From assembly GCF_009914755.1 (NCBI RefSeq), contig NC_060937.1: 64,000 nucleotides of DNA. One strand, written 5' to 3'. Below are positions 13,834-30,920 of the stretch, one piece after another. Below the pieces are notes generated by a model. The model was not told the origin of the DNA. It saw nothing but the letters and a program-made list of their open reading frames with translations, and made no database searches. This DNA is from the human T2T-CHM13v2.0 reference genome, Homo sapiens. Position 1 is the stretch's first letter, and each line of letters opens with the position of its first letter. A program made the translations under genes and the position numbers.

Positions 13834-14402
13834 ATAGATTTTCTTTTACAGCTTTTTAGTGTCATGTTATTTGGTGGTGTGATTTGATCTTTTTTTGTGA
13901 AGTTTGTTTTTTTTCTTTGCAATGATGGGATTTTCCATTCTTCTGTTTATCTTTCCTGTTTCCCTGCCACTGAGTGCAATTTTTTCATACCTGTACAACT
14001 ACATGTTTTAGAATTTGACACTACCTCTCATAAGATTTTGGAAGACTACAAGAGCGAAGATTGCCTAACATAAAATGTTTGTCATGGTCAGAGCTTTCTT
14101 TTTTAATAAGGTCAACGAACATGTCAATTAAGCCTTTGCTTCTCTTCTTCCCCATGCCAATGGGATGGAAATAGCCACCAAGATGAGCCAGAATGGGCAA
14201 TTTTCTGAATATCTACTAAGTGCTGCTGGAATAGAAAACCCATATGCCATTTCCTTTACTCTTTATAATAATCTCCAATGTGAAGTAGCAATATCTTCAG
14301 TTCATTCATGAGTGGTCTCACATGGGTATCAAGAGGATCACACAAATTTCCTGGTGCTGGGCATTTTCTTGCATGTTTCTATATACATCTTAAAAGCTGT
14401 CA

Positions 14403-14704
<302 letters not shown>

Positions 14705-15779
14705 AAAAGCTGTCATAGATGTAAGCTTTAGGCAAACTCACAGTACTTCTGACAGCCTGATGTTCTGGCTGCTGCACTATTTCTCAAATGATTTCTAAAT
14801 ATTGGTGGTACCTTTGATTTGTTCCTTTCTTTTTGTGAATGGGGGCTTGAATAAATTGAATTAAAAGGAATTTGTCATAAACAGCTGCTATTTGTTAATA
14901 TTTCCCAACTGATTTTGCTCAGTAGTAGAGATTTCTAGAACTAAATATTTAGGATCTACTGGCCTTGATTTGTTTTACAGGTGGATCAATTGTTTATTCA
15001 TGTAACAAATATTTATAGAGAACTGACTGTGTGAAGTTATTTGTTATTTCTAACTGTTGTCATCAAAAGAGGATGAATCCTAACTGGAAAGACTAACAGA
15101 GAGTCATATTTCTCTAAAAAGAAAGAAGATACAGGGAGATGAGGTTATGGATGAGGGTAGTAAGATGAAGATTGGAGGGTGCATGGGGGGAAATGGTCTG
15201 GATTTGTTGGCTAGAGGTTGCCAGGGACTTCTGGAGGAAAATATATGTTTAATTTTCATGGAAACATCCAGGCTAGGCATTATTAGCCCTTTTAAAGTTG
15301 AGGAAATTGAGGCTGCTCAAGGGACACAGTTACATCTGTATAAAACTCCATGCCATCATGGTATGGTGTCTGGGAGCGGGGGGCACAAAGGTGAATGTGG
15401 GATAGAGATGTCTTCTTCTGAGCCACAATATGACATGTTTCAGGAGTATTTATAAAGTATCACATACAGCATAAACCCTCTTTTGTGTCACCACAAAATC
15501 AATAATGAAATATTGTGAATGAGAAAAGCTATTCTATGGGGTGTATGAATATAATCTTGTGAATAAATTGAGTTTGGGCATTTTGGATTATGCCAAAGGT
15601 CCTTAGTCTTGCATGAGGGTGGTACTGGAGGAAAAATGAAGCTTTGAGAAATAAAATGTTTGCCAGAGCTTGAACTCACATCTGCTGAGCTGGAGGCTGC
15701 TGTTTGTAATGCCCGTGTTTGGTCCAGAATATGTTAATAGAGTTTACCCACAGGTTTCCCCAGAAGTACCCCAATCATG

Positions 15780-16134
<355 letters not shown>

Positions 16135-16515
16135 TTACAGGAGCAATTGTGGAAGGAATAGACTGCTATCCTTAATTAAAAACAAAACAAAACATTGACC
16201 AACCAGTTAATGTTCTTTTGTGTTATTCATGAGAAATTCAACTGTATTTTGTAGGTGCTTTCTTTTCACATTGAGATGTCCTACCTATCAAATAACCAAT
16301 CTGCAAAGATTCATTAAACAGGAAAGGGATGATTGTAGAGTCTTGATAGTTGCATGCAGCACTGAGGCACCTTTTTAAAAAAAATGATTGAAATACGTGG
16401 TGAAACCTCAGTTAACAAGCCACAACCATAGCTGCTTGTTCCTCAAGTCTAGTTTTAAAACCCCATTTATGTGGAATAATTGCCTTCTTTTTATTCACGG
16501 TAAGAATGATCTCAC

Positions 16516-16655
16516 CAGCACCATTGGCATCCCCTGACTGCTTGTTAGAGATGGAGGATCTCAGGCCCCACCCAAACCTTCTGAATTAGAATCTGCAGTT
16601 TAACAAGGTCCGCAGGTGATTCCTATGTACATTACAGTTTGAGAAGCACTGCTCT
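16516..16655. mobile_element. MER5-family MITE
   Basis: ctcaggccccacccaaaccttctgaattagaatctgcagtttaacaagg...tttgagaagcactg. Confidence 0.8.
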
Positions 16656-16947
16656 AAGGCAATTTTAGGCTCTGAGGTAGATTAAAAAATACCAGGAATG
16701 TCTTCGCCCTGCCTGAGCTTGCGTAAATGGCAATTAGTTGAAAGCACATGAATTAGCAATTAACAAAAGGCAGTAAGAGTTCCGTGCCAAGCCAGTGGTA
16801 CCCACAGAAAAGGCTGTAAGTGTTGGGAGAAAGAGCAATCACATCCAATTAGGTCTACCAGGGAAGATTTCAAGCCGGCTGCTGCCTTCTGGTATTTCAA
16901 ATTCTTTTAACTTCCAGCGCGTGCCATAGACCCCTGTAGCCCTAGGG

Positions 16948-17150
16948 GGCAGTGTGGTATAGTAAAAAGCAGTTTGTGTCACCTCCCCAGTGTTGTTACT
17001 CTGTGGTAGCCCTGGGATCTTGGGAGACCACTCAATCCCCACTGAACCTCAGTTTCCTGAGGAATAAAATAAAATACACTTTCCTTATAGGATTGTTGTA
17101 AAGATTCAAGCCAAATGCACATAATGTCTAGCACATATCAGGTCCTCAAT
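16948..17150 (+). mobile_element. MIR SINE
   Basis: ggcagtgtggtatagt...ctgaacctcagtttcc...ataggattgttgtaaagattcaa. Confidence 0.7.
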
Positions 17151-17496
17151 TTCTCCCTTTCCCATCTTCTCTTTTGTCTAATCCATAGTTAACGTAATTC
17201 GTAGTTACAATGAAGAAAGCTGTGCTATTTATTGCTGTCCAAGCATGTTCACATGTTATGTTAAAGCAAATACATCTAAAAGAAGCTGTCAACGGTGGCT
17301 GGCTCGCTAGATAGCTAAGTTTCCTAACAGGTAGTGCTTGCAGAAGAAGTAATCTAACCAAGTGCTCATGATGGTTTATAGGAATTCAGAAGATGGCTTC
17401 AGCCTTTTGCTTATTTTCTTACCTTTCAAGGTAGTGTTAAGCCCAGAGCATGGCTATGTTGCAGTGGTGAGAACCTCCATAGGCCTAGATCTAAAG

Positions 17497-17664
17497 CAGT
17501 AGTTCTCAAGCTTTGATCGTACGTTGGAATTTCCTGGGGATTTATAAAAACTCCTGGTGCCTCAGATAGCTTCCAGACCAACAGAATAGACTTTCAGGGG
17601 TTGGAAAGCTAGTTAAGAAAGCACACCAGGTGATTTTAATGTGTTGTCAAGGTTGAAAACCATT
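17497..17664. mobile_element. MER5-family MITE
   Basis: cagtagttctcaagct...ccaggtgattttaatgtgttgtcaaggttgaaaaccat. Confidence 0.7.
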
Positions 17665-18189
17665 ATAACCCGTGCATTACAGGCTTAGTACCACTATAAA
17701 CCATTCATTACAGGCTTAGTACTTAAGTGTAAGCAAGTAAGAGACTTCTGCCCCAGTGGTATGGCTTCCCTGTCAACAAACACATACGGTTCTTGTGGCT
17801 TCTGAGAAAATTTTAAGTTTAATCTGTTTAGAGTGTGACAGTTGAAAAAGAAAATCAAGCTCAGCATTATGTATCCCAATGTTACATATTTTTTTTCCAG
17901 CTTTAAGTGGGGTCCTTGGGTCCTTGCTGGTTTCATTGTATATTTTTTATAACATTTGGAATACTTGGTACTATCAAGTTTATTTGCTTAGAAATTTGCT
18001 TGCATTTCTAGTTTCTCTTTATCTCTTTATGATACAGACATTGCTTATCCTCAATCTTTGGGGAGGGACTGATTTGTTTTCTCAATATTTGTATGTTTTC
18101 TACATTTTTATGAATCTTCCTTGGGTATTTTCAACAAAATTAATCAGTAAAGACACTTAAGATCCATCAAGTGCAACTTGGGCATGTTA

Positions 18190-18410
18190 AAACACACAGT
18201 TCGGTGTCAGTGTGACTCCGAGCTCCTTCTGTAACTTAAAGTCTGGGAAGCAATAAACATGTTTGATTCACGTGCCGTGAATGGAGATAATGAGACTCTC
18301 TTCCTCCCAGGACCGAAGTGAGGATTAAACCAGTTAATTCTCACAAGAGTTACAAACAGTGCCTGGTACCTAGCAAGCACTCAGTAAGCATTTGTGTATT
18401 TTATTATTCC
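18190..18410 (+). mobile_element. MIR SINE
   Basis: aatggagataatgag...gtgaggattaaa...acagtgcctggtacctagcaagcactcagtaa. Confidence 0.7.
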
Positions 18411-20979
18411 AGGAAGCAGGGTCAGAATGTAACCAATATATTTGGAAATGGGGTCATACAGTAGCTGGCTATGATAGCAAAAGGCTTTAATTCTTTATCT
18501 TTATAAAAATTTGAGAATGTTAAAGAATAAAATAGTGTGTCACAATTTATTATCAATAATTGAAAGAGTTTGTGGCAGTTCTGACACCTTCTGGTGGTTC
18601 CACGTGTTTTCCCTGGTGGAAGGTATATGCATGGACATGGCGTGAGCCATGTTGCCAGTGTTACGATTAGCCAAGAGATATTTATTTTTATTTTTTAATT
18701 TCTGTAGAACTTATGAAGACAACAGAGAAATCTGTTGAAGTAACTAAAGCATCTTTAGAGAATGAGAACTATAGATATTTTGACATATTACTATTTTATA
18801 AGGTTATCTCCACATCTAATTCATCAACATCATATTCTACCTTCAAAACAGATTTTAAATCTGTTGACTTTGTTGCTGCGAACACCGCTCAATCCTAGTT
18901 CTACCCTCTGCTTCTGTTCCAATCTAGGACTACCAGTAATTAACTCCCTGTTTCTACAATGTACTAAATAGCAGTCCAAGTGGTCTTTTAAAGCACAAAT
19001 GGAATCCTGTGGCTTCCAGGATTAAACCCGTTTCAGTTCTTTGGAGTGCTAATTGCCACCTGCTATGTGGAAGAGGACACCCGTGACAGCTCCATCTTCC
19101 TTCTAGTACCCTAGCAGTAAATGGTGTTCAGTGCAAATTTTTACACGTATGCTAAAATGACCACAATAATTCTTTAATTGTGTTTGGAGTTTTACAGAGG
19201 GTATGTATTTTCCTATATAATTATATTTATTTTTGTTCATGTTAGGATCTGAGCTAGTTTTAATAAATATAGATGATACACATGAAAGGTACAAAGCAAA
19301 TAGTGTGTGTTTTCAGATGGTCCGTGTTTTAATTTTAGTTTTAGAGAGATAGACCATACACACAGAATATTTAATATTATTCATACAGTTTAAAAGTAAC
19401 AAAACAAAATACAATAATACAGCAAAATATCAATTTTGAATGTCCTTGTAAATACCTCCATAATCTCATCCCTTTCTTCTCCCCTTTACAAGGTAACTGC
19501 AATTCAGAATTTTGTATTTATTATTGGCTTGCTTTTTTTCTCTTTTGGTTTTTGAGTGAATATACTTTTTTCCTTTTTCTCTTTTTTACTTAAATTTTTA
19601 AAAATTGTATACAATACAATTATAAATATATACAATGCAATTATAAATATATACATCATGTACAACATGATGCTTTGAAAGATGTGTATGTTGTAGAATA
19701 GCTAGATCAAACTAACATAGTGCCTTTCATCATTTTTTGGGTATGAGAAGACTTAAAATCTCTTAGTGACTTTTAAGAATACAATGCATTATCATTATAG
19801 TCACCAGGTTGTACAACAGCTCTCTTGAACTTATTCCTCCTGTCTAACTGAAATTTTGTATCCTTTGACCAACATCTTCCAAACCTTTCCTTCCCTCCAC
19901 TTCAGCCCCTGGTAACCACCATTTTACTCCCTGCTTCTGTGAATTCAACTTTTTTAGATTCTATGATTGAGAACATGCAATATTTGTTTTTCTGTATCTG
20001 GCTTATTTTGCTTAACAGGATGTCCTCCAAATTTATTCATGTTGTTGCAAATGACAGAATTTCCTTCTTTTTAAAGACTGAGTAGTATTCCATTGTGTAC
20101 ATATACAACATATTCTCTTTATCCATTCATCCACTGACAGAAACTTAGATTGCTTTTGTATCTTGGCTATTGCAAATAATGCTGCAATGAACACTGGGGT
20201 GCAGATATCTCTTTGACATATTTTATATCCTTTGGATGTATACCCAGAAGTGAAATTGCTGGATCAAATGGGTAGTTCTATTTTCAGTTTTTGGAGCAAT
20301 CTTCATACTGTTTTTCATAATGGCTGTACTAATTGACATACCTACAAACAGTGTACCATGGTCCTTTTTCTCCACATCCTTATCAACACTTGTTATCTTT
20401 TTTGTGTGTGTTTTGTTAGAATAGTCATCCTAACAGATTTGAAGTGATACCTCATTGTGATTTTAATTTATATTTCCCTGATAGGGTGATATTGAGCATT
20501 TTTTCATATACCTGTTGGCCATTTGTGTATCTTTTGAGAAATGTGTATTCTGTTTTTTTTTCCTGTTTTTAAAATTGTGTTAATTTGTTTCCTTGTATTG
20601 AGTTGTTTGAGTTATTCATATCTGTTTGATATGAACCCCTTATCAGATGTTTGCAAAAATTTTCTCCCATTCCATAGATGTTGTCTTCACTCTGTTGATT
20701 GTTTCTTTGCCTGTGCAGAGCTTTTTAGTTTGATGTAATCCTGTTTGTCTATTTTTGTTTTTGTTGCCTGTGCTTTTGGGGTCATATCCAAAAAACCAAT
20801 ATTATGAATCATTACCCTTATGACTCATAGTAGTTTTACAGTTTCAGGTCTCACATTTAAGTCTTTAATCCATTTTGAGTTGATATTTGTATGTGGTGTA
20901 AGGTAAGGGTACTATTTCATTCTTTTGCATATGGACTTCTAGCTTTCTCAACTCCATTCGTTAAGACGATCCTTTCATC

Positions 20980-21280
<301 letters not shown>

Positions 21281-21882
21281 ATCCTTTTCCCATTATGCAT
21301 TCTTGGCTCTTTTATTGAAGATCAGTTGACAATATCTATGTGGATTTATTTCTGGGTGCTGTCTTCTGTTTCATTGGTCTATGTGTCTGTCTGTATGTCA
21401 GTACCATACTTTGAAAAATAACTGTAACTTTGTTACATATTTTGAAATCAGGAAGTATGATTTCTCCAGCTTTGTTCTTTTTCAAGATTGTTTTGGCTAC
21501 TCATTTGTGGTTCCATAAGGATTTTAGAATTTTTTTTTCTATTTCTATGAAAACTACCATTGAGATTTTGATATGGATTACATTGAATCTGTAGATTGCT
21601 TTGGTTAATATGAACATTTAAATTAAGTCTTCCAGTCCGTGAACACAGAATGTCTTTTCATTTTTTGTCTTCTTTAATTTATCTCATCAATGTTTTGTAG
21701 TCAGTATATAAGTCTTTCAACTCTTTAAATTTATTCCTATTTTATTCCTTTGATGCTATTGTAAATGGGATTGTTTCCATTATTTCTCTTGCAGTTCACT
21801 GTTACTATATAGAAACACAACTGATTTTTATATATTGATTTTATACCTTGCAACTTTACTGAGTTCACTTATTGGTTATAAC

Positions 21883-21915
21883 GTGTGTGTGTGTGTGTGA
21901 GCGTGTGTATGTGTA
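21883..21915. repeat. (TG)n microsatellite
   Basis: gtgtgtgtgtgtgtgtgagcgtgtgtatgtgt. Confidence 0.85.
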
Positions 21916-23469
21916 TATGAAGTCTCTGGGGTTTCCTATATATAAGATCATGTCATCTGCAAACAGGAACAATTTGATTCCTTCGTTTCTGATTTAGATG
22001 GTTTTTATTACTTTCTTGTGTAATTGCTCTGGCTAAGACTTATAATACTATGTTGACTATAAGTGGTAAGAGTGGGCATCCTTGCTTTGTTCTTGATCCT
22101 TGGCTTTTCTTTATTGGGAGTTTTTTTTTTTTTAATTACAGATTCGATCTCCTTACTAGTTATAGATCTGTTCAGATTTTCTATCATGATTCAGTATTGG
22201 TAGGTTGTATGTTTCTAAGAATTTACCATTTCTTCTAGATTATCAAGTTGTTTGGCATACAATTGTTCATAGTAGTTTCTTTTTATTTCTGTAACATAAG
22301 TTGTAATGTCTCCTCTTTTATATCTGATTTTATTTGAATTTTTTCTCTTAGTCTAGCTAAAGATTTGTCAATTTTGTTTATCTTTTCAAAAAACTTAGTT
22401 TCATTGATTTTTTTTCTATTGTTTTTCTACTCATTAATTCCTAATATTTATTATTTTTCTATCTGCTACTTTTGGGCTTAGTTTGTTCTTTCTCCCTGAC
22501 TAGTTCCTCAATCATAAAGTTAGGTTATTTATTTGCAGATCATTTTTTTTTAAATGGACATCTAGTTTTTCCAACTTCCTTCATTGAGGGAAGACTGTCC
22601 TTTTCCCATTGTATATTCTTGGCTTTTTTTGTTGAAAATCAGTTGACTATATATGTGGATATATTCCTGGGCTGTTTCTTCCATTTCATTGTCTATATGT
22701 ACATTTATTACTATAAACTTCTCTCTTAGTACGTTTTGCTGCATCCCATAGGTTTTGGTATGTTGTGATTTGTTTGTCTCAAGATATTTTCTAATTTTCC
22801 TTTTGATTTATTTTCTGACCCACTGGTGTGTGTTGTTCTATTTCCACATATTTTTGCATTTTTCAGTTTTTCTTCTATTGATTTGTAGTTTTATTCCATT
22901 GTGGGTAAGAAGAGATCCTTGGTATTTTAATATTTTTAAGTTAAGATATATTTGAGACATAACATAATTTTTCCTAGAGAAAGATCCATGTGCACTTGAG
23001 AAGAAAGTGTGTCTGCTGCCGTTGGGTGGAATGCACTACATATGTCTGTTAGATTCCTTTGGTCTAAAGCAATAGTTCAAGTGTGCTGTTTCCTTACTGG
23101 TTTTTTGATTGGATGTTTTTATTGAAAGTGGGGCATTGAAGTCTCTCACTATTTTTATATTGTCATCTATTTTCTCCTTCATTTCTGCCAGTGTTTTCTT
23201 TGTACATTTAAGTGTGTTAATGTCGGGTTTCTATATATTTATAATTGTAATATTATCCTAGGAAACTGACCATTTTATCATTATATAATATCCTTCTTTG
23301 TCTGTGATAGTTTCTGACTTAGTCTATTTTTTTCTGATACTAATATAATCACTCCTGCTCAATTTTAGATGATTTGCATGAAACATCTTTTTCCATCCCT
23401 TTATTTTCATCCTGTATTGGTCCATAAATCTAAAGTGAGTCTCTTGTAGATGGTATATAGTTGGATCTT

Positions 23470-23507
<38 letters not shown>

Positions 23508-23784
23508 CATTCACCTGCTCTACATGATTTCAGAATTTAACTTATTTAAATTTAAAGTCATTATTTATAGGAAAGAACTGAATTTAAAATAGAACAGTCT
23601 ATTTTAAGCTGATAACTTCAATTGCATACAGTTTCTCTATATTTTTACTTCTCACCCCACTACACTTTGTTATAGATATCTCTATTTACATTTATTTATG
23701 CTTTGTATTCATTAACATATTTTAAAATTATAGTTATTTTAATACGTTTATCTTTGCCTTTTATACTGGAATTAAAAGTGACTT

Positions 23785-24126
<342 letters not shown>

Positions 24127-25705
24127 TTATATATTTGCTTTTACCAATGTTGTTTTATACATTCTTGTGCTATTGTGTTTCTGCTTAATGATTGTTCCAT
24201 GTTGAACTCCCTAGTATTTCTTATAAGGCGGGTCTAGTGGTGATGCACTTCCTCAGCTTTTGTTTGGCAAAGTCTTTACATCTCTTTCATTTTTAAAGGA
24301 TAGTTTTGCCAGGTATATTCTTTTTGATTGGCAGTTTTTTTCAAGCATTTTAAATATATCATCCCACTGTCTTATGGACTGCAAGGTTTGTGCTGAAAAG
24401 TTTGTTGATATTCTTTTGGGGGTTCTCATGGATGTAAAAGTTGCTTTTCTATTGCTTCCTTCAAAATTCTTTGTGTTTGACTTTTGATAATTCAATTATA
24501 ACATGTTTTGGTGTGGATTTCTTTAGATTTATCTCATTTTGGATACTTTGGGCTTCATAAATCTGGATCAATTTCTTTCTCAAGATTTGGGATGTCTTCA
24601 GCCATTATTTCATTTGAATAAGCTTTCTGGTTCATTCTCTTTTCTCTTTCTGAAACTCCTGTACTTCTAATGGTCCAGTTGATGATGTCCTGTAAGTCCC
24701 TCAAGTTCTTTTGCTCCTCTGACTAGATAATTTTAAATGACCCATCTTTTAGTTTGATGATTCTTTCTTTTGTTTGTTCTAATCTGAAGCTTGCTGTAGT
24801 GTCAATTAGCTTCTTGATTTCTCACAATGGGAATTGATCCATGTATTGCTTTTAAATTGATGTGTCTATGGGGGAAAAGGAAAATTTAGAGCTTCCTATT
24901 CTGCAATTTTGCTAATATCTTGGCTTGCTTTTTAAAAATGCATTTACTACATAGGTATGATTTCCTGAGTAATATATTTGTCTGATTATACTTTTGACCT
25001 GTGTATAAATGGAATCACACTATATATATTCTTAAGTGTCTAGCTTTCTTCCCTCAACATAACTTTTGAGATTCACCTATATTGATGAATGTAGGTGTAT
25101 TTAATTTGCTTTTACTGCTGTGTCATATACTGCTGCATAAAGGTAACACAATTCATTTTTGCATTCTACTCTTGTACAGTTATGTTTTCAGTTTTTTGGT
25201 ATTGTAAATAATACTCTTACAAACATTTTTAGGTATATCTTGGTGGACATATATAACAGCTTCTCTAAGATTCATATGCAAATAAAATGGCAGGGTCATG
25301 AGGCATGCATATATTCAACTTTAAAAGATGATGCCTAAATATTTTACAAATTGTATTAATCTAAACTCGAGCTAATAATGTCTTCAAATTTCTTTTGTTT
25401 TACATCTTAGCCAATGTGTTTACATTTTTATCTCAGAATAAAATGATGTACTATAGTGGTTTTACTTTGCTTTTTCTTGATTAATAAAGAGTGTGAATTT
25501 CTTTTACATGTTTGATGGCCACTTGTGCTTCCTTCTCTCTGATATGCCTGTTAATATAATTTGACCATTTTAATATAGGGTAATTTGTCTTATTCTTAGT
25601 AACTTACAGGCATTCTGTATGTATTCTGGACACTAACCTTTTAACAATCACAGATGCTGCAAATATCTCATAGTCTGTGGCTTGTCTTTCACTGCCTTTA
25701 TGGGG

Positions 25706-25734
25706 TATGTGTGTGTGTGTGTGTGTGTGTGTGT
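25706..25734. repeat. (TG)n microsatellite
   Basis: About 13 GT units. Confidence 0.9.
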
Positions 25735-26399
25735 TGTCAGCTTTTTGGAATGAAATTCTTACTTTAAATGCAGTTTGATTCACTCATCTTTCTTTACAGT
25801 TTGCATTTTTGAGTCTTTTAAACAAAATTCTATCTTACACCGAAGCCATAAGATATTCTCTCATATTTTTTCCTAAAAGTTGTACCTTTTATGTTTAAGT
25901 TCTTGATCCACCTGGAATTGATTTTTGTGAATAGTAAAGTGGGTATTTGAATCAATTTTTCTCCCCATATGAGTTACAATCACTTGTTTTTCAGTCCATT
26001 CTTTCCTCATTAACTGTAGTGGGTAGCACTGTTTTATATCAGGTATTAACATACACGTGGCCTATTTCTGGGCTCTCTATTCAGTTTCGTTAGTTTGTTT
26101 CTTGTGTCAGTATCATGGTGACTAAATTACTACAGGTTTATACTAAATAAATATCCAGGGGGGACAAACATTTCAAATTTTTTTTTCTGTTAGGAGTGTT
26201 TTAGATAGTCTTAGATCGTTGATCTTCTATATAAATTTCAGAATCACATTTGCAAATTTCAGAAAATACACTGGTAGACTTTTACTGCAGTTGCATTGAA
26301 TCTACAGAATATGTTGGAAAGATTAATTTTTATAATATTGTTTACTTTTGTCCACAAACATGGTTATAAATTTATGTGTTTAAGTTTTAAAACTTTTTT

Positions 26400-27768
<1,369 letters not shown>

Positions 27769-27884
27769 CTAAAACTATTTTTATAATGGTCTAAATAAAG
27801 ATCTTCCACAACTTCTGTTAGATTTATTAGTAGGCATCTTTTTATTGCTATTTTAAATAGCATTGTTTTAAAAGTAGAGTTTTC

Positions 27885-28200
<316 letters not shown>

Positions 28201-28294
28201 TTACTGGTTTACTGAAATGCAATAGAATTTTATATATTGATTTTATATCTAGCAACTTTGCTAAATTATATTAGTGTATTAGTAGGGTGGTAGA

Positions 28295-28515
28295 GTATAA
28301 GGTAGTGGTTAAGAGCACAGATTCTGGATTTGGACTGTCTGGGTCTATCCTCTGCTACTAACTTGTTATATAATCTTGGACAAGCTATATAGCTTGTTTT
28401 CTCATCTGCAAAAATGGATAACACTATACATACCTTATAAGATATTGTATTAAGTCCTGTAAAGTGCTCACAACAGTGCCTGATACATGGTTGTATCTAA
28501 TAAATGTTAACTGTT
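28295..28515 (+). mobile_element. MIR SINE
   Basis: gtagtggttaagagcacagattctgg...tttctcatctgcaaaaatggataac...taaagtgctcacaacagtgcctga. Confidence 0.85.
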
Positions 28516-28609
28516 AAATAGGACCTACAGTATGATGTTGAAATGGCATTTAGTGGGTTTTGTTTATATTTAATACAGCTTGAAATATTTGGCCCTTTAA
28601 CTGTACAGT

Positions 28610-28770
28610 TTCTTTCAATTAAAAAAAACTTCATGAGGCAAGGAAGCTATATACTGCATTTCTCTTCCTTTAGTGTTTCAATAAAAATTTTTCTTTCAAT
28701 TAAAAAAAACTTCATGAGGTGAGGAAGCTATATACCGCATTTCTCTTCTTTTAGATTTCAATAAAAATTT
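28610..28770. repeat. Two-copy ~81-bp tandem duplication
   Basis: ttctttcaattaaaaaaaacttcatgagg..aggaagctatatac.gcatttctcttc.tttag..tttcaataaaaattt occurs at 28610-28690 and 28691-28770. Confidence 0.95.
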
Positions 28771-28849
28771 TAAAGTACTTTTTAAACTTAGCAATGAATA
28801 AAATTCACATCTTTACTTTTATCCTAAAAAGCATTAATGTTAATAACTT

Positions 28850-30010
28850 CCCACTCTTAAACCATTGCAGTATTTCAGTTCTATCTTTATTTTAAAAATC
28901 CAAAAAATCAGATGTTATTATTTTGATTAATATATTCTACAGTTGATATTTGTTTACATTTACCTCATGTTTATTATTTTCTTGGCTCATAGTTTCTTTT
29001 TGCATTTTAGGCATTCCTTCTGAGATAATTTTTCTTCTTAGTAGTATTCCTCTTTTGGAAATTTCTTTGGTGTTTCTGTTGGCATAAACACTCTCAGTTT
29101 TTTTCTTATCTGACTTTTTTGAAAAAGTTTTCTTACCTTAACAATTATTTTATTTTTAGTTATGAATCTATAAGAGCTGTGTAGTTTTCTTATATAATTC
29201 TTTGTTATTTTCGTCTAGCATTAAAATCTATAATTCCACTCTCCTCTGGCTTCCATTGTTGTTGAAATTTTAAAGATAGTCTTGTTGTCTCTGATGTTCT
29301 GCAGTTACAATATAATGTAGATTTAGTTCTACTTATTTTTGCTTATGATTACATTGTTTCTGAATCTGAGGATTCATCTTATCAATTATGGGAAATTTCT
29401 AGTCATTTTCTCTTTGAATATTGCCAGTATCCTCTTCCTTTTATTCTTTCCATCTGAAATTTTATACTTTCTACTTCTTTAGTTGTCTATATTAAGTTCT
29501 GGATAATTTTTTCAGATCTATGATTCAGTTCATTAAATAGTTTTTACGCTGCTTCTCCTCTATTTAATTTGTAAAGAATTTTTTCATTTTCATTTTAGAT
29601 TTTCACTTCTAGCAGTAAAAATTTGTGTTCTTTCAAAAGTCTGGGCATTTCTGTAGTGTCTTTTTCTACTGTCATACTTTTAATACCTCTAATTTTTAAA
29701 ATGAATTTATTTTAACAAGCTTATTGAATTTAAACAAGTTTTGTGAGTCTGATTCTGTAGCTGGTTGTTTTGGTTGACTTCTGTCCATGTTTCCATGGTC
29801 CTTATGTATTTTATTAGTTTTGATTGTGAATTAATGTTCCATGGAATCTTTAGGAATTTTTTGAAGTGTGGACTTAATGTGCCTTCTCTTCCGTAGGATC
29901 GTGTTTGCTTCTGCCAGATGCTAGAGGATGCTACTAACTTGAGTTCATTTTCAAATAAATTTTCAAGTACACAGAAATAAAACTTCTGGTTCTAACTGCC
30001 TGTGAATGTG
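28850..30010 (-). mobile_element. Ancient L1M/HAL1-type ORF1/5' relic
   Basis: ttccactctcctctggcttccattgttg...tcaattatgggaaatttctagtcattttctctttgaatattgc...tttgcttctgccag. Confidence 0.55.
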
Positions 30011-30160
30011 GGCTCCACCCAAAGCCTCACTTGACTCACTAGGTAGGCAGATATAAGCAAGAATCTTCCCCATCTCCCATTGTCCAACAGGGCTTTTCTT
30101 CAGATCGCTTATTGATGATGTCGCTTTACAAAAGCCCCAGCTTCATTCAGTTGTCTCTGA

Positions 30161-30671
<511 letters not shown>

Positions 30672-30689
30672 GAAGTATTCTTTTACAGA

Positions 30690-30920
30690 TAAAATAATAG
30701 TAGTTAATATTTGTTTTATTCTTCTAAGCATCAGGACTGTGTTACATGTTTTACATGAATTATCTAATTTAATGTGCAGAAGAACCCACTCTGGCATGTA
30801 AAATCTCATTTAGCAATGAGAAGACTGAGATCTTGGGAGGTTAATAACTAGTATGAGGTCCAGCTCATACTGCTGGACAGTTCTGGAATCAGATTGTAAC
30901 CCAGAGTGATCTGACTCCAT
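30690..30920 (-). mobile_element. MIR SINE
   Basis: ttttacatgaattatctaatttaat...aatgagaagactgag...gaggttaataact...tctgactcca. Confidence 0.65.
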
